Part shown: positions 30,903-41,786 of the stretch, in pieces
Layout of the letters: each line of letters starts with the position of its first letter
How positions within the stretch are numbered: the first letter of the stretch is position 1
Source of the DNA: Anaeramoeba ignava BMAN
Lineage: Eukaryota > Protista > Anaeramoebae
Length of the DNA stretch: 64,000 bases
Assembly (NCBI GenBank): GCA_028826165.1
Contig: JAPDFW010000138.1
Span: forward strand, 1 to 64,000
Reading direction: 5' to 3'
Position numbers and translations under genes: made by a program
The notes under the pieces: model-generated
Told to the model about the DNA's origin: nothing
Seen by the model: only the letters and a program-made list of their open reading frames with translations
Database searches by the model: none

Positions 30903-33463
30903 ATGGATTCAAATCAAAGTGAATGGAAACTTATTAGATCTAAAAAATACAAAACAAAACCAAAACAAAAACAAGAAATTCAACAAAGAAAAAAAGAAAT
31001 TAAACAAATTAAACAAAAGCAACAAATAATTAATAACAACAATAATAACAATAACAATAACAATAATAATAATAATAATAACAATAACAATAATAACAAC
31101 AATAATAATAAAAATCAAAACAAAAATCAAAACAAAAATCAAATCAATCAAATTAAAAAAAAATCAAAAAAGAAATTAAAAAAAAATCAACAAAATAATT
31201 TACCAAAAATTGAAGAAAAAGAAACAGTTGAAATTATTCGTTTAAATTCAAAAAAATCACAAGAGCAACTTGTAATTCAAAAATAAAAAATTAAAATAAA
31301 AAATTAAAAATTAAAATAAATTAAAATTAAAATAAAAAATTAAAAAATAAAAAGAAAAATATCAAAACTACAAATAGTTTAGAATTTTTCATTTCAGGAT
31401 TAATTAATAAATTTAAAGATAATGAAGAGGCTCAACTTAAAGTCTTTTGCAATTTTTTAATTAAAAAATTTTATCGATTTTCTTTAGAAACTGATTTAGA
31501 TGAACTTTCTTTTGAAGAACAAATTCGTATTTTAAATTAAATTTTAATTAAATTTAAATTAATTTTAATTTTATTTATTAAAAATTTTAACTAGATTTTC
31601 CTATTTCTAAATTAAGTAGTTCAACTAAAACAATTATGAATTCTTATTTTAAAGAAGTTTCAATTGAAGAAATTGAAAAAATTGTTCCTGTTATTTTTAC
31701 TTTAATTGTTAATAGTGATTCTCAAGGTTGTTATTAATTTACTTCTTTTATTAAAATCAAAATCAAAATTAAAATCAAAATTAAAATTAAAATTCATTTA
31801 TAAAATTAAAATTAAAATTAAAATTAAAATTCATTTTAAAATTAAAATTAAAATTAAAATTAAAATTAAAATTAAAATTAAAATTCATTTATAAAATTAA
31901 AATTAAAATTAAAATTAAAATTAAAATTAAAATTAAAATTAAAATTAAAATTAAAATTAAAAATAAAATTAAAATTAAAATTAAAATTAAAATTAAAATT
32001 AAAATTAAAATAAAAATTAAAACTAAAACTAAAATTAAAATTAAAATTAAAATTAAAATTAAAATTAAAATTAAAATTAAAATTAAAATTAAAATTAAAA
32101 TTAAAAATTAGGAAGAATGAATTTAAGTAACCAAATTGGAGCAAGAATTTTCTTACAAGCTTTATTATTATCAAGAATTTCACTTTTTGAACCTGAAAGA
32201 TTTCATAATATTTTTTCTAAATTTTTGAAAGTTCAAACATTAAGATTAAGAACAATCCAAAATTTAAATTGGTGTTTAGGATTATTATTAGAAGAAAATC
32301 CTGAAATTTGTTTAAGAAGTAAATGAAGCAAAAAGAAGAAAAAATTTTCTAATTCAAATTAAAAAATAATCCGTTTATTCTATTTTTTTTATAGTTTGGT
32401 TTGATGAATTATTTCCTTGTGTTCAATTAATTCAAACTTCAAAGAAAGTTGTACTTGAAATTTGGGAATTTTTAGAATTAATTCTTAATTCATTTCTGTA
32501 AAAAAAATATTAAAAAAAATCAAAAAGAAAATTTTTTCTAAAAAATAATAAATAATAATAATAATAAATCTAATAGTGAAAAAAACAAGCAAAAAGAAAC
32601 TAATTATTCCATTTCCAAAAAGGATTTCTATATTTTCCTTAACATTTATTGTTCTAGTTTTGAAGAAGAAATGAAAAATTGGGAAAGAAAAAGAATTCAA
32701 GAAAAAATTCAAAATTTATTTTCTTTATTTATGAAAGCATCTTTATTTTTAAAGCATGATTCACCTCATCTTTATTTTATTGAATTACTTTCTTTTTCAT
32801 TGATTGAAAACAAATTAATTCAATTTGAGTTTTTTATGCTTCTTATTCAAAGTTTATCTCAAGATCCTGATTGTTTTGTTGAATGGAAATTATCTTATAT
32901 TTTTCTATTGAAACACACTGTTAATTTACTTTCCTTTTTATGGAGTCATAAAGAATCATTTCTTGAAAAAGTGTGTTTGCAAATAAATTAAAATTAAAAT
33001 TAAAATTAAAATTAAAATTCATTTATAAAATTAAAATTAAAATTAAAATTAAAATTAAAATTAAAATTAAAATTAAAATTAAAATTAAAAATTAAAATTA
33101 AAATTTATTTATAAAATTTAAATTAAAATTAAAATTTATTTATAAAATTAAAATTTAAATTAAAATTAGATGGATTTAGTTCCTGTTCAAATGCTTGTTG
33201 ATCATATTAATAATGTTAATTCTCAAATTATTTCTCAAAAATATAAATTTCCAACTCAAATTGAAAATGAAACACTTCAAAATCTTAAAGTTAATTATGA
33301 AACAATTGATTTAGATCAATTAGAACTTAGTTCAAAATTAATGAAAAAATATGAAAAATTATTTCCAAAAAAAAAGAGTTATACAAAAATGAAAATGATT
33401 ATGATTTTAATAGCAATTCTTTATTTATTCTTTATAATTGGAATCAAATTATCAGGAAATTGA
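30903..33463 (+). CDS. TMEM214-like tail-anchored protein (multi-exon)
   Basis: N-term EWKLIRSKK; IGARIFLQAL, NLNWCLG and ICLR-IWFDELFP resemble the TMEM214 motifs GYRICIQAI, IMWALG and GLKVWLGIMLP; C-terminal TM helix MIMILIAILYLFFIIGI. Confidence 0.6.
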
Positions 33464-33962
33464 AAGCGAATGAAACATTTTTAAATTTTAATTCAAATTT
33501 TAATTCAAATATTAATTCAATTTTTAATTCAATTTTTAATTCAATTTTTAATTCAATTTTTAATTCAATTTTAATTCAAATTTTAATTCAATTTTTAATT
33601 CAATTTTTAATTCAATTTTTAAATCAATTTTAATCCAAATATTTAATTCAATTTTTAATTCAATTTTAATTCAATTTTTAATTCAAATTTTAATTCAAAT
33701 TTTAATTCAAATATTAATCCAATTTTAAATCCAATTTTAAATCAAATATTAATTCAATTTTAATTCAATTTTTAATTCAAATTTTAAATCAAATTTTAAT
33801 TCAAATATTAATCCAATTTTAAATCCAATTTTAAATCAAATATTAATTCAATTTTTAATTCAATTTTTAATTCAATTTTAAATTCAATTTTTAATTCAAA
33901 TTTTAATTAAATTTTTAATTCAATTTTTAATTCAATTTTTAATTCAATTTTTAATTCAATTT

Positions 33963-35087
33963 TTAAATCCAAATATTTAAATCATTTCCAGGAAAGATTG
34001 ATTTAATCTTGAAATTTTTAATATTTTCAATATTTTCAATATTTTCAATATTTTCAATATTTTCAATATTTTCAATATTTTCAATATTTTCTTTTTCTTT
34101 TTCTTCAGTGTTAATAAATTCACAAAAAAAAGAAGAACAAAAAAGTTTTGCATTTTCAAGAAAAATAGGATAATTTGGTTGAGAATGACCTAAAGGCAAA
34201 CCAATAAAAACTGGAAAAATTTGATTTTGAACTAAATTTTTTAATTTATTGGAAATTTTAATATAATATTCCATTTTATCCTTTTCAGATTTTTTTTTGT
34301 TTGCCAAACAATTTCCAATAATCAAGGCCTTTATTTGTGAAATGTTCTGAAATAATACATCCAATTTTTCTTCTTCATCTCCATAATCAACAAGTTCTAA
34401 AACCAAAATTTTTTTATCGAAATTGGAGAACTTTTCATCCAAATAATCGACAATAAAATGAACTAAACCAATAAAAATATCACCAGAAATTTCCTGGTAA
34501 TTTTGCATAAAAGTGTTTGCTGAATTATTTAAAGGAATTAAATTTGTAACTTCAAGTGAAAAATTTTTATGAAAAATTGAATTGATCATAGAAAAGCAAT
34601 TTTGATCAAGGAAAGAAATATCCAAGAAAACTGGTCCATGAATAACAAAAGCGAGTTTATAATGAAAGAGTAAACTAAGAACAGGATCAAAAGCGCAATA
34701 TCCCATTACAATTTTCTTTTTTTGTTGTGCTTTTTTTATGTAATTTTCATTTTCAATTTCGAGTTTTAATTTTTCTACAAATTCTTTGATGTTTCTAGAA
34801 TTTCCTCCGAAACACCAAATTATATCGATAGAAGAATCAATCAAAGCATCTGAAAATTCACTGAAGAAATCCCCAAAAGGTTCAATTTTTTGTTCTTTTA
34901 AATTTTGTATATGGTTGATTAAATCCAAATCATTTTCGAATTTTTCTTTTTTTAATTGAAGTGAAAAATTTGGGAAATTTGAATAAAATAAAGAGAAGAG
35001 ATTTTGAATTAAAGAAGGATTTCCAAATAAATTGAGGAATTTAAATCTTTGAGTTGGATCAACAATTTTAATATTTAATTTCTTCAT
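33963..35087 (-). CDS. Peptidase S66 / LD-carboxypeptidase (MccF-like) family protein
   Basis: Intronless. DIIWCFGG, KIVMGYCAFD (cf. GYSD), VIHGPV, KILVLEL and LPLGHSQPNYPI occur in the family order. Confidence 0.75.
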   Translation of the reverse strand: MKKLNIKIVDPTQRFKFLNLFGNPSLIQNLFSLFYSNFPNFSLQLKKEKFENDLDLINHIQNLKEQKIEPFGDFFSEFSDALIDSSIDIIWCFGGNSRNIKEFVEKLKLEIENENYIKKAQQKKKIVMGYCAFDPVLSLLFHYKLAFVIHGPVFLDISFLDQNCFSMINSIFHKNFSLEVTNLIPLNNSANTFMQNYQEISGDIFIGLVHFIVDYLDEKFSNFDKKILVLELVDYGDEEEKLDVLFQNISQIKALIIGNCLANKKKSEKDKMEYYIKISNKLKNLVQNQIFPVFIGLPLGHSQPNYPIFLENAKLFCSSFFCEFINTEEKEKENIENIENIENIENIENIENIENIKNFKIKSIFPGNDLNIWI

Positions 35088-35154
35088 TTTAGAAAAAAGA
35101 AAAAAAATGAAAATGAAAAAAAAATTATTTTTGATTTTTTGTTTTTATTGAAAA

Positions 35155-35615
35155 ATCAATTTCAAAATCAATTTCAATTTCAAAATCAATTTCAAAATCA
35201 ATTTCAATTTCAAAATCAATTTCAAAATCAATTTCAATTTCAAAATCAATTTCAATTTCAATTTCAAAATCAATTTCAAAATCAAAATCAAAATCAATTT
35301 CAATTTCAAAATCAATTTCAATTTTAATTTCAATTTCAAAATCAATTTCAAAATCAATTTCAATTTCAATTTCAATTTCAATTTCAAAATCAATTTCAAT
35401 TTCAAAATCAATTTCAATTTCAATTTCAAAATCAATTTCAATTTCAAAATCAATTTCAATTTTAATTTCAATTTTAATTTCAATTTCAAAATCAATTTCA
35501 AAATCAATTTCAAAATCAATTTCAATTTCAAAATGAATTTCAAAATCAATTTCAAAATCAATTTCAAAATCAATTTCAAAATCAATTTCAATTTCAATTT
35601 CAAAATCAATTTTAA
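35155..35615. repeat. (TTTCAA/AATCAA)n microsatellite; duplicated at about 37940-38370
   Basis: Visible array followed by the same AAAAGTCAAAAGTCAAAGTCAAA tail in both copies. Confidence 0.85.
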
Positions 35616-35636
35616 AAGTCAAAAGTCAAAGTCAAA

Positions 35637-37711
35637 TTATTGAGAATCATTAAATTGGAAAAGAACCCAAGGAAATTTAATTGTATCAGGAATATCCAAA
35701 TGAATCCAAGAAGAAAAAACGGGATTATCAAAAGTAAAAGGAGGTAAATCAACATAAGTAGGTGAATTAATAATCCAAGAACTCATTTGATTTTGAAAAA
35801 GTTGAAAAGAAGTAACTTTAGAATCAACAGCTCCAGTTGGAAAATTTTCTGTTATATCAGCTCTTGAAGCGATTGCAAGACTAGGATCTCCATGACTTAA
35901 TGGATCATTTAAATAATCATTATATCTCATCATTTCCTTCATATCTTCTATTGTTTTTATCATTGTTTGATTTCTTCTAAAAATATCTGCTCTTGAACAA
36001 TTTTCATATGAATATTGTTCTGGTCCATATTTTTCTTTTCTTGCTTCATATCCTGTTTCATTATAGATTTTCTTTGAAAATGGAATCTTTTCGAATTGAT
36101 TTAAATTAAAATTAAATTAAATTAAATTAAATTAAATTAAATTAAATTAAAATTAAAAATAAAATTAAAATAAAAAATTAAATTAAATTAAATTAAATTA
36201 AATTTAAATTAAATCAAAATTAAATAAAAATTAAATTAAATTAAATTAAATCAAAAATTAAATTAAATTAAATTAAATTAAAATTAAATTAAATTTTAAA
36301 ATTAAAATTAAATTAAAAATTAAATTAAATTAAATTAAAATTAAATTAAAATTAAAATAAATTTAAAATTAAATTAAAATTAAAATAAAATTAAATTTAA
36401 ATTAAAATAAAATTAAATTTAAAATTAAATCAAAATTAAATTAAATTAAAATTAAATTAAATTAAATTAAAATAAAATTAAATTAAATTAAATTACATTA
36501 TAAGAAGGCCAATAAGAATAATTTCTAAGAAATTCAGTTACATCTTGATAATAAAAATATCCTGGTTCTGTTTCAACAATATAAAGTGTTCCATCAATTA
36601 AATCATTTAATTTAGATTTTTTAAATAAATCAAATTTATTAAAATCTAAAATAACCCATTGATTATTTTGAGTTCCTGAAAAAGATTTAAGATAAAATTC
36701 TGCCCAAGAAACTCCATCATATGCCATTCTATTTGCTAAAACACCTCGCATCCAACTTAACAAAGAATATGGAGTTACTTTTTTATAAAGAGTTTGATTG
36801 AATATTGAGAAACTGGTTTCAAGAATACCAAGTCCATAACTTGTTAAATAATAATCATCTGCACTGCAAATTGTTCCAGGATAAGATGACATAACAACTG
36901 AATCGGAATAAATAGATGTATCTCCATTAAATTTAATATGATAATTTTTCATAAATCGAATTTCTGCAATGTAAATGTACCAAGTTGTATGTGCAAAATA
37001 TATTTCATTTGAATCTTTTAAAAATTTAACTAAAGCAGAACAATGTGAATTGAATAAATCTTCAAATTTAATATTATTATATTCAAATTTCGAATCTGTA
37101 AAAAAATCATTTGAAAAATCTTCATGATTATCTAATCCACAAGCTATACTAAGATCCATCATATCCGGCATATAAAGAAGAACTTGAAGCATCCAATCTT
37201 CCATTTTTTCAGATTCATTATTAACAAAATAATTATATCCATTTAATATTCCATCACTTTGATAAAGAACATAACCAACATTTCTCCAATAATCATCAGT
37301 AGCTTCAAATTCTTGTATATTTCCTCTTGTCCATGTGTCTTGAGTTGATAGAAATTTAACAACAAGTGGACTAATTGTTGAATTTGGTTGTGGAAACCAC
37401 ATTTGTTTAATATTAATCCATAATTCATAAATATATTTTTGTGTAAGTCCTGCTTCAAGAACACCTGCTGCATATGATCCTCTTTTTCCTTCTATTGGAG
37501 AGATATTTGGATTAACCCATATTTCTAATGTTTTCCATCCTGTTTCTTCATTTATTTCAATATATCCCCATGAATCTGCTGATGTGTTTTTTATGTTTTC
37601 ATACGTAAAATTGTATTCTTCATCAATAATACTAACACTTCCCCATTGTTTTATTGATTTAATAGTTTGTAAATAATAAAGAAATAAAATTAAAATTAAA
37701 ATAATTTTCAT
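35637..37711 (-). CDS. Phospholipase B-like Ntn-hydrolase, copy 1 (2 exons)
   Basis: Signal peptide; HCSALVK nucleophile; AHTTW, SSYPG, SGTQNNQW, YWPSYN|IPF, MRYNDY and GAVDSKVT; intron 36496-36087. Confidence 0.92.
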
Positions 37712-37848
37712 TTTTTTTTTTGCTTTTTTTTAATTAAATTTTAAAAAAGAAAAGAAAGAAAAAAATGATTTTTATTTTTCATTTTTTTTTTCATTTTTCT
37801 TCTTTTTTAAAAAATTAAATAAATAAATAAAATTTTTAATTTAAAAAA

Positions 37849-37896
37849 ATGGAAAGTTTAAAATTAGTTTTAATTGGAAATTCTCAAGTTGGAAAA
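37849..37896 (+). pseudogene. Orphan duplicate of Rab exon 1 (MESLKLVLIGNSQVGK + GT donor)
   Basis: Identical to 40483-40530 but runs into a microsatellite, with no downstream Rab exons. Confidence 0.85.
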
Positions 37897-38391
37897 GTAA
37901 TTTTAAATAATAAAAATAAAATAACGAATAAAATAATAATCAATTTCAATTTCAAAATCAATTTCAATTTCAAAATCAATTTCAATTTCAATTTCAATTT
38001 CAATTTCAAAATCAATTTCAAAATCAATTTCAAAATCAAAATCAATTTCAAAATCAATTTCAAAATCAATTTCAATTTCAATTTCAAAATCAATTTCAAA
38101 ATCAATTTCAAAATCAATTTCAATTTCAATTTCAATTTCAATATCAATTTCAATTTCAATTTCAATTTCAATTTCAATTTCAATTTCAATTTCAAAATCA
38201 ATTTCAATTTCAAAATCAATTTCAAAATCAATTTCAAAATCAATTTCAAAATCAATTTCAATTTCAAAATCAATTTCAAAATCAATTTCAAATTTCAATT
38301 TCAATTTCAAAATCAATTTCAAAATCAATTCCAAAATCAATTTCAATTTCAATTTCAAAATCAATTTTAAAAGTCAAAAGTCAAAGTCAAA

Positions 38392-40355
38392 TTATTGAGA
38401 ATCATTAAATTGGAAAAGAACCCAAGGAAATTTAATTGTATCAGGAATATCCAAATGAATCCAAGAAGATAAATCAGAATCATTAAAAGTAAAAGGAGGT
38501 AAATCAACATAAGTAGGTGAATTAATAATCCAAGAACTCATTTGATTTTGAAAAAGTTGAAAAGAAGTAACTTTAGAATCAGTTGCTCCAGATGGAGAAT
38601 GAGTAGTTATATCAGCTCTTGAAGCGATTGCAAGATCAGGATCTCCATGACTTAATGGATCATTTAAATAATCATTATATCTCATCATTTCCTTCATATC
38701 TTCTATTGTTTTTATCATTGTTTGATTTCTTCTAAAAATATCTGCTCTTGAACAATTTTCATATGAATAATGTTCTGGTCCATATTTTTCTTTTCTTGCT
38801 TCATATCCTGTTTCATTATAGATTTTCTTTGAAAATGGAATCTTTTCAAATTGATTTAAATTAAATAAAATTAAAAATAAAATAAATTAAATTAAAATAA
38901 AATTAAAAATAAAATTAAATTAAATTTAATTAAAAATTAATTAAATAAAATTAAAATTAAAATTAAATTAAAATTAAATTAAAATTAAATTAAAATTAAA
39001 TTAAAATTAAATTAAAATTAAATAAAATTAAATTAAATTAAATTAAAATTAAAATCAAAATTAAATTAAATTAAATTAAAATTAAAATTAAATTAAAATA
39101 AATTTAAAATAAATTTAAATTAAAATTAAAATCAAATTACATTATAAGAAGGCCAATAAGAATAATTTCTAAGAAATTCAGTTACATCTTGATAATAAAA
39201 ATATCCTGGTTCTGTTTCAACAATATAAAGTGTTCCATCAATTAAATCATTTAATTTGGATTCTTTAAATAAATCAAATTTATTAAAATCTAAAATAACC
39301 CATTGATTATTTTGAGTTCCTGAAAAAGATTTAAGATAAAATTCTGCCCAAGAAACTCCATCATATGCCATTCTATTTGCTAAAACACCTCGCATCCAAC
39401 TTAATAAAGAATATGGAGTTATCTTTTTATAAAGAGTTCTATTGAATATTGCGAAACTTGTTTCAAAAATAGCAATTCCATAACTTGTTAAATAATAATC
39501 ATCCATACTTCCAATTGTTCCAGGATAAGATGACATAACAACTGAATCGGAATAAATAGATGTATCTCCATTAAATTTAATATGATAATTTTTCATAAAT
39601 CGAATTTCTGAAACATAAGTATACCAAGTTGTATGTGCAAAATATATTTCATTTGAATCTTTTAAAAATTTAACTAAAGCAGAACAATGTGAATTGAATA
39701 AATCTTCAAATTTAATATTATTATATTCAAATTTCGAATCTGTAAAAAAATCATTTGAAAAATCTTCATGATTATTCTCTCTGCAAGCCACAATAAGATC
39801 AGAAATATCTGAGATATAAAGAAGAACTTGAAGCATCCAATCTTCCATTTTTTCAGATTCATTATTAACAAAATAATTATATCCATTTAATATTCCATCA
39901 CTTTGATAAAGAACATAACCAACATTTCTCCAATAATCATCAGTAGATTCAAATTCTTGTATATTTCCTCTTGTCCATGTGTCTTGAGTTGATAAAAATT
40001 TAACAACAAGTGGACTAATTGTTGAATTTGGTTTTGGAAACCACATTTGTTTAATATTAATCCATAATTCATAAATATATTTTTGTGTAAGTCCTGCTTC
40101 AAGAACACCTGCTGCATATGATCCTCTTTTTCCTTCTATTGGAACGATATTTGGATTAACCCATATTTCTAATGTTTTCCATCCTGTTTCTTCATTTATT
40201 TCAATATATCCCCATGAATCTGCTGATGTGTTTTTTATACTTTCATACGTAAAATTATATTCTTCATCAATAATACTAACACTTCCCCATTGTTTTACTG
40301 ATTTAATAGTTTGTAAATAATAAAGAAATAAAATTAAAATTAAAATAATTTTCAT
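38392..40355 (-). CDS. Phospholipase B-like Ntn-hydrolase, copy 2 (2 exons)
   Basis: Near-identical paralogue of copy 1 with the same intron position. Confidence 0.92.
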
Positions 40356-40482
40356 TTTTTTTTTGCTTTTTTTTTAATTAAATTTTAAAAAAGAAAAGAA
40401 AGAAAAAAATGATTTTTATTTTTCATTTTTTTTTTCATTTTTTCTTTTTTAAAAAATTAAATAAAAATTTTTAAATTTAAAA

Positions 40483-41686
40483 ATGGAAAGTTTAAAATTA
40501 GTTTTAATTGGAAATTCTCAAGTTGGAAAAGTAATTTTAAATAATAAAAATAAAATAAAATAATCAAAAAATTCCAAAAAAAATTTCAAAATAGACTTCT
40601 TTACTTTTTCAATTTTGTGAAGGAAAATTTCAACCAACTACAATATCAACAACAGGAGTTGATTTCAGATTTGCGACTATTTATTACAAAGGAGAAGCAA
40701 TTAAACTTCAAATTGTAAAAAAAAATTAAATTAAAATTAAATTAAAAATTTAAAAAAAATTAAATTAAAATTAAATTAAAAATTTAAATTAAAAAATTTA
40801 AATTAAAAAATTATTTCCTCATTTTTATAGTGGGATACAGCAGGTAAAATAATACCTTTAAAACAATAAAACAAACTTATATATATATTTTTAAAAAAAA
40901 GGCCAAGAGCGATTTCGAACAATTACTAGTTCATATTATAGGGATTGTGATGGAGTTATTTTTATTTATGATATTTCAAATTTTTCAAGTTTTCAACAAT
41001 TAAGTTATTGGATAAAATCTGTTAATGAAAATGCACCTCCAAATGTTTCTAAAATGATATTGGGAAATAAATCAGATTTAGAAAATAGAAAAAATGTTCC
41101 AACTCGTGATGCTAAAGTTGATATTAAAATTCATTTATAAAATTAAAATTAAAATTAAAATTAAAATTAAAATTAAAATTAAAATTAAAATTCATTTATA
41201 AAATTAAAATCAAAAATTAAAATTAAAATCAAAATTAAAATTAAAATTAAAATTAAAATTAAAATTAAAATTAAATTTAAAATTAAAATTAAAATTAAAA
41301 TTAAAATTAAAATTAAAATTAAAATTAAAATTTAAATTAAAATTAAAATTAAAATTAAAATTAAAATTAAAATTAAAATTAAAATTAAAATTAAAACTTA
41401 AAAATCGGATAAAAATTTTTATTAAAAAAATAATTAGGAACTTGCAACTTCTCTTGGTGCTTTTTTCTTTGAAGTAAGTGCTAAAAGTGGAGATAATGTT
41501 GAACCAGCATTTCAAGCTTTTTCTCAATTTATTTATCAAAAGTAAATAATAATATTTTCTTTTTTTTAAATTTTTTAATTTTAATTTAAATTTTTAAATA
41601 GAAAACCAAAACCAAAAAAAAGAAAAAAAAAGAAAATTAAAATTCGTTCAAAAAAAAACAAAAAGGATAAAAAGGAATGTTGTTGA
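40483..41686 (+). CDS. Rab GTPase (Rab1/Rab8-like), 6 exons, polybasic tail ending in CC
   Basis: GNSQVGK|T, TTGVDF, IKLQI|WDTAG|QERFRTITSSYYR, GNKSD and EVSAK; last exon 41602-41686 ends KKDKKECC*. Confidence 0.92.
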
Positions 41687-41786
41687 AATGAATGAATGAA
41701 TGAATTGAATGAAATTTTATTTCTTTTATTTTTTTTTAAAAAAGATTTATTTTGTAAATTCAAATAAAAATTGTTTCCTTTCTTTT

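Noticed and set aside
37849-38370. 173-aa Rab-like ORF as a functional GTPase
   Set aside because: Only 16 codons are Rab; the rest is intron and microsatellite read-through.
41530-41546. Rab ending at QK* without a prenylation motif
   Set aside because: The apparent stop overlaps a GT donor; splicing to 41602 gives a polybasic tail ending in CC.
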